A stretch of 18,458 bases of DNA from Candidatus Izemoplasmatales bacterium (GCA_050177605.1 JBFXGX010000031.1:1-18458), one strand, 5' to 3'. Positions 1 through 7,816 are shown, numbered from the stretch's first letter. The notes: a model not told the origin generated them from the letters alone. Numbers and translations: made by a program.

Positions 1-2
1 AC

Positions 3-314
3 ACGAAAATAGTTTATTACGAAGAACAACCGATTGGATACTATGGTTATTATGAAGGTTATCCCAATAAAGAAACGGTATGGATAGCTATTTTCGTGAT
101 AGACCAAAAGTATCGTAAACAATCGCATGGAAAGAACTTATACTTACAAGTTCAAGAATCTATGAAAGCGGGTGGATATAAGAACATTGCTATAGCTGTT
201 CATTCCAAAAATATTAATGGTTTAAAGTTTTGGGTCAATCTTGGCTTTACTGAAATTATAAAAGTAAGACTTGAAAAAGAATATGCAGTTCTCGGGTTGA
301 ATAAATTAATATAA
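3..314 (+). CDS. GNAT family N-acetyltransferase, 5'-truncated by the window edge
   Basis: The frame of ORF 96..314 stays open back to position 3 (TKIVYYEEQPIGYYGYYEGYPNKETVWIAIFVIDQKYRKQSHGK...). It has a GNAT motif A-like segment (IDQKYRKQSHG) and motif B (N.NGLKFWVNLGF). Confidence 0.8.
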   Translation, partial: TKIVYYEEQPIGYYGYYEGYPNKETVWIAIFVIDQKYRKQSHGKNLYLQVQESMKAGGYKNIAIAVHSKNINGLKFWVNLGFTEIIKVRLEKEYAVLGLNKLI

Positions 315-334
315 TAGTATTTCTCGGAGAAAAA

Positions 335-873
335 ATGAAAAAAATATTATTAGTTCTTGTTTTCTTTGTTTTATTTACCCTGATTTCTTGTACAGAAAAT
401 GAATCAGATAAGGTATTGGAAGACTTTGCAGAAAATAATAATTCATAGTATCAATCACTGTTGCATTGTCAGATGAAGAGTTAGAACATTTCTTAGTCAT
501 CTGCGGCTTTGGAATGAGACTGATTATCGAATCTAGCTACAATACAACGAACGAAGATTTTTATTTATTCATTAACGAAAATCCAGTAACCTATTATCAG
601 TTATGTGGTTATCCAAACTGTGTGAATCCATTCGTTATTACTGGAATCTATACAACTGACCCATCAATAGAGATATATGATTATTCAGTTGGAGATTATT
701 TCAACTATGAAGAAGTCACCGCATTCTTTTCTTCGATTGGATATTTGGAGAATGAATCGATTTTCAGAACATACACTAATCAAAATGTTAACATCCATTT
801 CATTACGAATCAGGATAATGAAATAACACAAATCTTCGTCTTATTATCTTCAACTTGTAGTGTCGATTTTTAG
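335..873 (+). pseudogene. Putative lipoprotein split by a 1-nt frameshift near 442-445 (pseudogene or sequencing error)
   Basis: GGAG RBS at 326-329 precedes ATG 335, encoding MKKILLVLVFFVLFTLISC (signal peptide with lipobox), stop TAG 446-448. The frame of ORF 466..873 is open from 442 (FIVSITVALSDEE...), and TTG 466 has no RBS. Confidence 0.65.
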
Positions 874-942
874 ATTGAAATCAATCATGGAGTATTGAAC
901 AAATAACCACAATAAAAAAACATTTTATACAGTAAATAAACA

Positions 943-971
943 TTGAAAAGTTATTTATTATATGATAGAAT
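943..971 (+). promoter_or_regulatory. Sigma-A type promoter for the riboswitch-CDF transcript
   Basis: TTGAAA (943-948), 17 bp spacer, TAGAAT (966-971) with an extended -10 TG. Confidence 0.7.
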
Positions 972-1014
972 AATGCCATCGATTTGCATCTGCAAAAGCT
1001 CAAAAGCTCTCTAC

Positions 1015-1101
1015 AGTACGAACTGATCAGGCAATGAGTAATCCTCATGTAGCCGGGCCAACATTGGCAACAGAATTTTTAGATTCTGTGGGACAGACAC
1101 T
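1015..1101 (+). ncRNA. NiCo (czcD-motif) metal-sensing riboswitch aptamer
   Basis: AACTGATCAGGC-[ATGAG/CTCAT]-GCCGGGCC-[hairpin]-TGGCAACAG-[ACAGAAT/ATTCTGT]-GTGGGACAG follows the four-way-junction NiCo consensus as I recognise it. It lies directly upstream of a CDF transporter and overlaps a terminator. Confidence 0.9.
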
Positions 1102-1119
1102 ACCCACAGAATCTTTTTT
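1081..1119 (+). terminator. Intrinsic terminator forming the riboswitch expression platform
   Basis: AGATTCTGTGGG (1081-1092) pairs perfectly with CCCACAGAATCT (1103-1114), followed by a T run. The 5' arm is shared with aptamer P4 and junction nucleotides. Confidence 0.9.
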
Positions 1120-1151
1120 GTTTAATTGAATGCACGAGAAGGGAAAACTTT

Positions 1152-2042
1152 ATGAATGAAGGTTATCAATTGATCAAAAAAGTGTCAGTTTGGTCAATCA
1201 TTGTCAACTTAGTGTTATCTGCATTTAAACTGCTTGCCGGTATCTTAGCGAGAAGTAGCGCGATGGTAAGTGACTCGATTCACTCTGCCTCAGATGTCAT
1301 GACGACGTTTGTCGTCATTGCAGGAGTCAAGATGGCTGGCAAAGAAGCCGATGAAGATCATCCATATGGACATGAACGAATGGAAAGTATCGCGGGTATT
1401 ATTCTCGCAATGATTCTAGGCGTCACAGGCGTGATGATCGGATACGCTGGCGTACGTAAAATTATGTTAGGAATTGAAGGAACACTTGAAGTTCCTGGAT
1501 CCTTAGCTTTAGTAGCTGCCCTAGTATCAATTGGCTTAAAAGAAGCGATGTTTTGGATAACACGCCACGCAGCGAAGAAAACAGAGTCTTCTGCATTAAT
1601 GGCTGATGCTTGGCATCATCGTAGTGATGCACTCTCTTCCGTTGGTAGTTTCATTGGCATCGGTGGAGCGATGTTAGGATTTCCTATTTTAGATCCAATT
1701 GCGAGTTTAGTTATTTGCTTATTTATCTTAAAAGCAGCATATGATGTATTAAAAGATGGGATTAGCCGTGTGGTTGATAAATCAATTGACAAGAGTACTG
1801 AAGATCCCATTCGTGAGTCAGTTCTTGGCGTGAGTGGTGTTCTAAGAATCGATTCATTAAAATCAAGAATTTTTGGAAACAAGATTTTTTTAGATATTGA
1901 AATAGGATGTGATGCCTTCATGAAGTTAGAAGATTCGCATGATATTGCGGAAAAAGTGCATGATCATATCGAACAACAGTATTCTTCTGTGAAACACTGT
2001 AATGTTCATGTGAATCCTGTCTATAAAGAAGATTCATTGTAG
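1152..2042 (+). CDS. Cation diffusion facilitator (CDF) family metal efflux transporter, FieF/CzcD-like
   Basis: Site-A motifs SDSIHSASD (TM2) and ADAWHHRSD (TM5), the DEDHPYGHERME loop, and a C-terminal dimerisation domain ending HCNVHVNP. Confidence 0.95.
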   Translation: MNEGYQLIKKVSVWSIIVNLVLSAFKLLAGILARSSAMVSDSIHSASDVMTTFVVIAGVKMAGKEADEDHPYGHERMESIAGIILAMILGVTGVMIGYAGVRKIMLGIEGTLEVPGSLALVAALVSIGLKEAMFWITRHAAKKTESSALMADAWHHRSDALSSVGSFIGIGGAMLGFPILDPIASLVICLFILKAAYDVLKDGISRVVDKSIDKSTEDPIRESVLGVSGVLRIDSLKSRIFGNKIFLDIEIGCDAFMKLEDSHDIAEKVHDHIEQQYSSVKHCNVHVNPVYKEDSL

Positions 2043-2066
2043 ATAAAGTATCAAACACACTACTGT

Positions 2067-2102
2067 AAGCATTATTCCACATTTCTGGAATAATGCTTTT
2101 TT
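2067..2102 (+). terminator. Intrinsic terminator of the CDF gene
   Basis: 13-bp stem AAGCATTATTCCA / TGGAATAATGCTT followed by a T run. Confidence 0.85.
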
Positions 2103-2182
2103 AATGAATGTAATTATGAATATAGAAGGAATGAAAATTACCCATACCCAACTTTCATAAGTCACAAATCAAACAGAAATTG

Positions 2183-2233
2183 GAAAAAAAATACACAAGA
2201 ATGTGTAAGGGGCACATCTTATGTATTTTTTTC
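2183..2233 (-). terminator. Probable terminator of the minus-strand ferric-reductase-like gene
   Basis: Imperfect long hairpin with arms GAAAAAAAATACA...ATGTGT and GCACAT...TGTATTTTTTTC immediately after the stop at 2237, with an A run on + (U run on -). Confidence 0.6.
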
Positions 2234-2236
2234 TTA

Positions 2237-2830
2237 TTATATTTCTAAAGACTTCTTTTGCCTAATTACTTTTATCGTTTTGAGTACAAAATAGAAACTA
2301 AATAGAATAATGTATAAAATTAAGTTTATCCCATCTGAATTGATTAGAAGATGAACAAACAAAAACAAGTAGGATAAATAAGCGAATTGTTGTAGTTTCT
2401 TCCAATTTTTTTCTCTCATTTTGTGACGAATGATTGGAAATGAAGTTATGAATAATGGAATCATTATAAGATAAGCTAATATTCCAAATATTGCTGGTTT
2501 AATTTCACCATTTGATGCTTGAGTAATATAAAATAATGCATGTGGAGTAATAGTAATAAAACCAAGAATCGAGTAATCTCTTCTCAGAGGATTCTCTTTT
2601 GGTTGTTTTTGTTTCAAAGGCATTGCACCAACAATCATAACAACATAGAAAAATGCTAGTCCTAGATATCCTGATTTTATCGGTGTAAAAAGTAGAGTGT
2701 TAATATTTAGGTAAGAAATAACAGCTAAAGCTATAAAACATAGGTAGAGCCATTGACTATATTTTTGAAATAAAGGTTTTGCTTTCAATGCAAGCAAAAA
2801 TAATAGTAGAATAATCGGTAAAGTAATCAT
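2237..2830 (-). CDS. Ferric reductase-like transmembrane protein (MsrQ/YedZ-like heme b membrane subunit)
   Basis: About 6 hydrophobic helices. LRRDYSILGF...TPH and ITSFPIIRHKM..KNWKKLQQFAYLSYLFLFVH resemble the YedZ/MsrQ signature with His heme ligands. GGAGG RBS at 2844-2840. Confidence 0.8.
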   Translation of the reverse strand: MITLPIILLLFLLALKAKPLFQKYSQWLYLCFIALAVISYLNINTLLFTPIKSGYLGLAFFYVVMIVGAMPLKQKQPKENPLRRDYSILGFITITPHALFYITQASNGEIKPAIFGILAYLIMIPLFITSFPIIRHKMREKNWKKLQQFAYLSYLFLFVHLLINSDGINLILYIILFSFYFVLKTIKVIRQKKSLEI

Positions 2831-2886
2831 CGTTCGCTTCCTCCGTGTTAATTAAAAATATCATATCATATTTTTTTGTGATATAC

Positions 2887-2902
2887 TGTTACCAAGGTAA
2901 CA
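2887..2902. promoter_or_regulatory. Palindromic Crp/Fnr-type operator TGTTACC-AA-GGTAACA
   Basis: Perfect 7-bp inverted repeat with TGTTA-N6-TAACA geometry in the 84-bp divergent spacer next to a Crp/Fnr gene. Confidence 0.8.
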
Positions 2903-2914
2903 CATGGAGGAAAT

Positions 2915-3547
2915 ATGAAAATAGATTATCAAAAATATCCCTTATTTCATGGTTTAATGGAGGATGTGTTGGCGAAAATAGACCAATCATCTTCATTTAG
3001 TTATTATGAAAAAGGAAATTATATTCATTTAGAAAATGACTTTTCGAGTTGGCTAGAAATCATTATTGAAGGTGAGTGCCATGTCGAACAAATAGACGAA
3101 GTAGGAAATGAAAAAATTATTAAAGAATTTCACAAATCAGATATTCTCGGACTAAATAATTTGTTTTCGACAAAGAACCAGTTTTTAATGTATATCTATG
3201 CTGACACTTATATTAAAACCCTTAAACTGCCAAAGAAGTTAATTGATGAATTATTAGATATAAAAGGTTTCCGAGACGAATTTATCCGATTGTTAAGCGA
3301 TCACACGATTAATTTTGCTCAATCAATCAAAAGAGATTTTAGACATACCTTAAGGCAGAAAATAATCCATTATATTTCCTCCAATCTAGAAGGAAAAGAA
3401 ACTAATGTTTTTGAATTGAAAATATCCAAAACCAGATTAGCAAAAGAGTTTGGAGTACAAAGAACGAGTCTATCTCGAGAACTTCAAAAGATGAAAAATG
3501 AAGGTCTTATAGATTATCATCACAAGGAGATTATCTCATATATATGA
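2915..3547 (+). CDS. Crp/Fnr family transcriptional regulator (HcpR-like)
   Basis: N-terminal cNMP-binding-like beta-barrel (YEKGNYI...IIEGEC.VEQIDEVGNEKII) and C-terminal HTH SKTRLAKEFGVQRTSLSRELQKMKNEGLI. GGAGG RBS. Confidence 0.92.
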   Translation: MKIDYQKYPLFHGLMEDVLAKIDQSSSFSYYEKGNYIHLENDFSSWLEIIIEGECHVEQIDEVGNEKIIKEFHKSDILGLNNLFSTKNQFLMYIYADTYIKTLKLPKKLIDELLDIKGFRDEFIRLLSDHTINFAQSIKRDFRHTLRQKIIHYISSNLEGKETNVFELKISKTRLAKEFGVQRTSLSRELQKMKNEGLIDYHHKEIISYI

Positions 3548-3553
3548 TATAAT
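3545..3553 (+). promoter_or_regulatory. Extended -10 element (TGnTATAAT) upstream of the hemerythrin-PAS gene
   Basis: TGATATAAT overlaps the Crp gene's TGA stop. No recognisable -35. Confidence 0.5.
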
Positions 3554-3592
3554 AGCACTATATTATCTATCATCAAGAAAGGATGAATCACT

Positions 3593-4792
3593 ATGGAAAT
3601 ATTTCAAGTTGACATGAATAAAATTCAAAAAATAAGTCAATTTATGAAGGAACTTCTTTCCTTAAATACTTCAAAAGAAAAAAAGGATTTATACCTAGAA
3701 TATCAACAAGTACTTTCTTCTGTTAGCGCGATTGACGTTATGTATCTTGAGATGTATCAAGAAGAAAATGATTACACCATTCAAGACATTAAAAAAGATG
3801 CCGGAAAATTTGTTAATCTATTTCGCCATTCATTATCTTATCTTTCACCCAAAAGCTACACATCAAAACTATTAACGCTATTTATTGAAGAAAATCAAAA
3901 AGAACGGATTCATTTTGAGACCTTAAAGAAGTATATCCATCAAGAGATGACGAAAGAAGAATTGGGTTTTCTAAAAGCTGGATTTGAACAGTGTGTTGAA
4001 CTAGAAAAGGATTATCTGAAAAAGGAGAATATTCTTTTTCCTCTTTTAGAAGAAAAAATACCAACCAAAAAACCACTCCAAGTTTTATGGGAACTACATG
4101 ACGACGCAAGAAAAATACTCAAAGACTTACTATATCAATTATCGGTGAAGTCAATCGATCAAAATGATGTTCTAAAAGATATAATAGAGTATTACGATGT
4201 CTTTTTAGGAATCAAAGATAAGGAAGAATTAATTCTTTATCCCTTAGCAAGTGAACTCTTTTCACATGAGATATTGGATTCAAAACTACATGAATGTCAA
4301 ACATATGGGTTTGCTTTTTTAGGTGAAATAGAATTACCGACGAAGGACACTGGTAAAACAAATCAGGTGGAAGGAGTATTTTTATCAAAATCTGGACATC
4401 TGAATTTCGAACAACTCGAAAGTATGTTGAACTACTTACCATTTGATATGACCTTCGTTGATCAAGAGGATAAAGTAGCATATTTTAACAATAATCCATC
4501 TAGGCACTTTAACAGAAGTGCAAGTATCATTGGGAGAAAGGTTGAATATTGTCATCCACCTAAATCAGTACATATCGTCAAAAAAATTATATTAGCTTTT
4601 AAAGAGAACAAAAAAGATAAAGCGGTTTTTCGTATTCAAATGGGTGGGAAGTGGTTGTTAATTACTTACTTCGCTGTTAGAAACGATAAAAATGAGTATC
4701 TGGGAACCCTAGAAGTATCTCAGGATATTACGGAGATACTAAAAATGGAAGGCGAAATAAGATTGTTAGACTGGGATGAAAAAATGAGTTAA
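3593..4792 (+). CDS. DUF438-type hemerythrin-like / PAS domain protein
   Basis: Hemerythrin-like repeats (YLKKENILFP, LWELHDDAR, KEELILYP) and a C-terminal PAS_10-type domain (LPFDMTFVDQEDKVAYFN...IIGRKVEYCHPPKS...YLGTLEVSQDIT). Confidence 0.88.
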   Translation: MEIFQVDMNKIQKISQFMKELLSLNTSKEKKDLYLEYQQVLSSVSAIDVMYLEMYQEENDYTIQDIKKDAGKFVNLFRHSLSYLSPKSYTSKLLTLFIEENQKERIHFETLKKYIHQEMTKEELGFLKAGFEQCVELEKDYLKKENILFPLLEEKIPTKKPLQVLWELHDDARKILKDLLYQLSVKSIDQNDVLKDIIEYYDVFLGIKDKEELILYPLASELFSHEILDSKLHECQTYGFAFLGEIELPTKDTGKTNQVEGVFLSKSGHLNFEQLESMLNYLPFDMTFVDQEDKVAYFNNNPSRHFNRSASIIGRKVEYCHPPKSVHIVKKIILAFKENKKDKAVFRIQMGGKWLLITYFAVRNDKNEYLGTLEVSQDITEILKMEGEIRLLDWDEKMS

Positions 4793-4849
4793 ACGAACAT
4801 TTTTCAACAATGCAAATCAATTCAACATCAATAATTAAGGAGAAATAAT

Positions 4850-5401
4850 ATGGCTAAACTAGTAATCATAACTGGTGGTCTTGCCACACTGAAAACTACG
4901 ATTTCCAAACAACTTTCAAAAGATTTGAATATTGTTTGCTTGAACAAAGATGATATGAAGGAAGTATTAGTAGATACCATTGGATTTACTAACCGTATTG
5001 AAAATAAAAAATTATCGATTGCCACTGTAGCCTTAATGACAAAACTTGCCATGGAATATTCTCAACTACAAAAAGACATTATATTAGAAGCAAACTTTAA
5101 ACCAAACGAACTGATGGAATTATACACAAATACCTCTTTACATGAAAAAGACATTTTGACGATTGATCTGGTTGGAGATCTAGATATTCTTTTCGACAGA
5201 TATATCAAAAGAAATCCAACAAGACATAGAGCGCATACATCCGTAGATTTGATGTCAAAAGAATCATTTAGAGAGTCTATGTTAGAACACCAAATTACAA
5301 CGTGTAAAGGCACACTGAAGCGTTTTGATACCTCTTTTTTTAAGGATGACAATTATCAAGAAGTACTCTCTTTTGTAAAAGATTTTTTGATCATTTCATA
5401 A
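4850..5401 (+). CDS. P-loop nucleotide-kinase-like (AAA_33-type) protein with atypical Walker A
   Basis: LVIITGGLATLKTTISKQLS, LNKDDMKE, IILEANF and a lid-like RYIKRNPTRHRAH. AGGAG RBS. Confidence 0.75.
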   Translation: MAKLVIITGGLATLKTTISKQLSKDLNIVCLNKDDMKEVLVDTIGFTNRIENKKLSIATVALMTKLAMEYSQLQKDIILEANFKPNELMELYTNTSLHEKDILTIDLVGDLDILFDRYIKRNPTRHRAHTSVDLMSKESFRESMLEHQITTCKGTLKRFDTSFFKDDNYQEVLSFVKDFLIIS

Positions 5402-5449
5402 AAGAAAGTGAATGAAAATACCACATGGGTGAACTATCCTAAAAAAACC

Positions 5450-5478
5450 TTGAAGATATATCCAATATCAGTTATACT
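5450..5478 (+). promoter_or_regulatory. Sigma-A type promoter for the surface lipoprotein
   Basis: TTGAAG (5450-5455), 17 bp, TATACT (5473-5478). Confidence 0.55.
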
Positions 5479-5527
5479 AAACATACAAGATTAATAATTA
5501 CGATTGAATTATTGTAGGAGGAAAAAA

Positions 5528-7252
5528 ATGAAAAAAAATTGGATGCTTTTTGTTCTATTCATCAGTCTATTCTCACTATTAGGCTGTCAGGAACAAACAA
5601 AAGAAGTAGCTGTTGAGTTCGCCGCTAACAACGGCTCAACGAATGAAACGATTGTATTTTCTAATCAATCAATGAGTGCGATGCCTGATGATCCAACCAA
5701 AGAAGGATATTTATTTGATGGATGGTATCTAGACCAAGAATTTACAGAACCTTTTGACATGGGTCTTCTCACATATGATGCATCTGATTTCACCGTTTAT
5801 GCAAAATGGATTCAAAATGAATATACGGTTTATTTTGATACCAATTCAGATTCTCTGATTTCACCGATTCAAGTAGAAGTAAATTCAATGGTTCCACTCC
5901 CAACAGCACCACAAAAAATGGGATATACATTTTATGGATGGTATCAAGATGAAGCACTTATGATTCCATTTACGGATTCATTGATGCCTGAAGATAATAT
6001 AACGCTCTACGCGAAGTGGACTGACAGCATTTTTTATTATAATCTGAATTTCAGAAATGAAGTAACCATTACTGGAATCATTCCTGACTCAGTTGATGAG
6101 TTTCTAGATATCCCAAGTCATATTGATACTTATCCAGTGATATCTTTAACCTATGAGGCTTTAGAAGGATACTCCAATATAACGACACTTAATTTACCCG
6201 ATACATTAAAAACCGTTCCTTTAGGTTTCCTTCATGATCAAGTAAATCTTTTATCTCTAAAAACCCCATTTTTGGGAGTTTCTAGATATACACAAGAATC
6301 TCAGGAATCGTATTATGAATATTCACTTGGAAGTATGTTTGTTTCAAAGTCCAATCAACCTAGTATCTTTGATGATGTTTTAGTAGTTTATCAAGCGTCC
6401 ATTCCTTATAGTTTAAAATTCCTCGAAATTACGGATACTGAAATTATTCCTACTTATGCATTGTCATCAACGCAAATTCAAACGCTAACCTTACACGAAG
6501 GATTAGTGGAAATCGATGAATTCGCTTTTGAGTTTTCAGATTCGATTACGACGATTTCAATTCCAGCTTCTGTCTCAACAATTCGACCAGGAGCGTTTGC
6601 AAATATGGGCAGTCTTTATTACTTCTTTGTAGACACGAATAGTCAATATTTATCAACGAATACTGTGTCAAATATGTTAATGAACAAAGATCAAACAGAA
6701 ATCATTGCCTACGGGACAGGAAAAAATAATTATTTTGCGGAAATCCCAAATACAGTTACACTGATTCAGTCATTGGCATTTTATGGCTCGAATCTGTTTT
6801 CAATTACGATTCCGAGCTCAGTTATTTCCATCGATGATTATGCCTTTATGGATTGTGAAAGACTCACCGAGGTTGTTTTTGAAGAAAATAGTCAATTAAC
6901 TAGTATTGGTGATTATGCTTTTGCGAATGCGAGTATAATTTCACTCACCATACCAAGTTCAGTAACATATATCAAAAATGGTGCTTTTGAAGGAAATATG
7001 AGTCTTCAAACAGTTGTTTTTGAATCTGTAAGTAATGTCTATAGTATTGGGTATTCTGCTTTTTCAAGAACCTATAGTCTAGCAGAAATTATTATTCCTA
7101 TCTCGGTTACTTATCTCTATCAAAGTGTTTTTTATGGAGACAGTCATCTTGTCGTCTACATTGAAGCTGATACGATTCCAGTAGGCTGGAGTAGTACTTG
7201 GTCGAACTCAATACAACCCGAGAATATTCATTTAGGTTATACGAGCGAATAA
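5528..7252 (+). CDS. Surface lipoprotein with two InlB B-type (Flg_new) repeats and BspA-type (LRR_5) leucine-rich repeats
   Basis: AGGAGG RBS precedes ATG 5528 (preferred over TTG 5504). Lipobox LLGC; repeats PTKEGYLFDGWY...TVYAKW and PQKMGYTFYGWY...TLYAKW; multiple ITIPSSVxxIxxxAF units. Confidence 0.9.
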   Translation: MKKNWMLFVLFISLFSLLGCQEQTKEVAVEFAANNGSTNETIVFSNQSMSAMPDDPTKEGYLFDGWYLDQEFTEPFDMGLLTYDASDFTVYAKWIQNEYTVYFDTNSDSLISPIQVEVNSMVPLPTAPQKMGYTFYGWYQDEALMIPFTDSLMPEDNITLYAKWTDSIFYYNLNFRNEVTITGIIPDSVDEFLDIPSHIDTYPVISLTYEALEGYSNITTLNLPDTLKTVPLGFLHDQVNLLSLKTPFLGVSRYTQESQESYYEYSLGSMFVSKSNQPSIFDDVLVVYQASIPYSLKFLEITDTEIIPTYALSSTQIQTLTLHEGLVEIDEFAFEFSDSITTISIPASVSTIRPGAFANMGSLYYFFVDTNSQYLSTNTVSNMLMNKDQTEIIAYGTGKNNYFAEIPNTVTLIQSLAFYGSNLFSITIPSSVISIDDYAFMDCERLTEVVFEENSQLTSIGDYAFANASIISLTIPSSVTYIKNGAFEGNMSLQTVVFESVSNVYSIGYSAFSRTYSLAEIIIPISVTYLYQSVFYGDSHLVVYIEADTIPVGWSSTWSNSIQPENIHLGYTSE

Positions 7253-7364
7253 TACATTGTAAGCATCATTTATTGAAATTAGAAAACAATTTCTCAAAAA
7301 AGTACGCTATTCTCAATGATATTGTGTTATTATGAATTAATAATCACAAGGGGGGGGATTCACT

Positions 7365-7781
7365 ATGGATTATAAACTAGAGAATAAAGAAGCACTGAAG
7401 TTAGTTATTTGTGAAGCAAAATCAAATGAAGAAGGAGAACAAAAACTTTCTGAATACGTAAGTCAACAAGGCGCAAAGCTAAAAGGCTTTTATTACATCA
7501 ACTTCTACAGAAATGATGTTCTTGCTGGAGCGATGGTTCTTGGTGAATATGAAGGAGAATTACCTAGTAGTAAAACCTTTAGGACTGAACAATATCCAGC
7601 AAGTGCTTATATGGTATTTGAATTTCCATATAATGAGTTATCTGCTTTAGAAAAATCAGGTTTTAATATCATGGATGTAGCGAAGAACAACCACCTAAAG
7701 ATTACTGGTTTCCCGATTTTCGAATTTGTCGATGAAGCTAAAACAAATGTTAGATTTTGTTGCCCAGTTTCTGAGAAATAA
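7365..7781 (+). CDS. Hypothetical protein, possibly GyrI-like effector-binding fold
   Basis: 138-aa ORF with a G-rich RBS and its own terminator. The pattern (MDYKLENKEAL..., YPASAYMVFEF, PIFEF, terminal CPV) loosely recalls GyrI-like domains; that assignment is weak. Confidence 0.6.
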   Translation: MDYKLENKEALKLVICEAKSNEEGEQKLSEYVSQQGAKLKGFYYINFYRNDVLAGAMVLGEYEGELPSSKTFRTEQYPASAYMVFEFPYNELSALEKSGFNIMDVAKNNHLKITGFPIFEFVDEAKTNVRFCCPVSEK

Positions 7782-7793
7782 TATTTAATATAT

Positions 7794-7816
7794 AAAACGG
7801 CTGAAAGGCCGTTTTT
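7794..7816 (+). terminator. Intrinsic terminator
   Basis: AAAACGGCT-GAAA-GGCCGTTTTT hairpin with a GNRA loop and T tail. Confidence 0.85.

Noticed and set aside
993..1008. Tandem 8-bp duplication CAAAAGCT-CAAAAGCT in the riboswitch leader
   Set aside because: Only two copies, outside the aptamer, with no evident function. Not CRISPR-like.
2116..2160. Short ORF MNIEGMKITHTQLS and a weak inverted repeat between two terminators
   Set aside because: No properly spaced RBS or promoter, and expected by chance in AT-rich DNA.
5455..5469. GATAT-N5-ATATC palindrome in the lipoprotein promoter spacer
   Set aside because: Short and AT-rich, so not distinguishable from chance.
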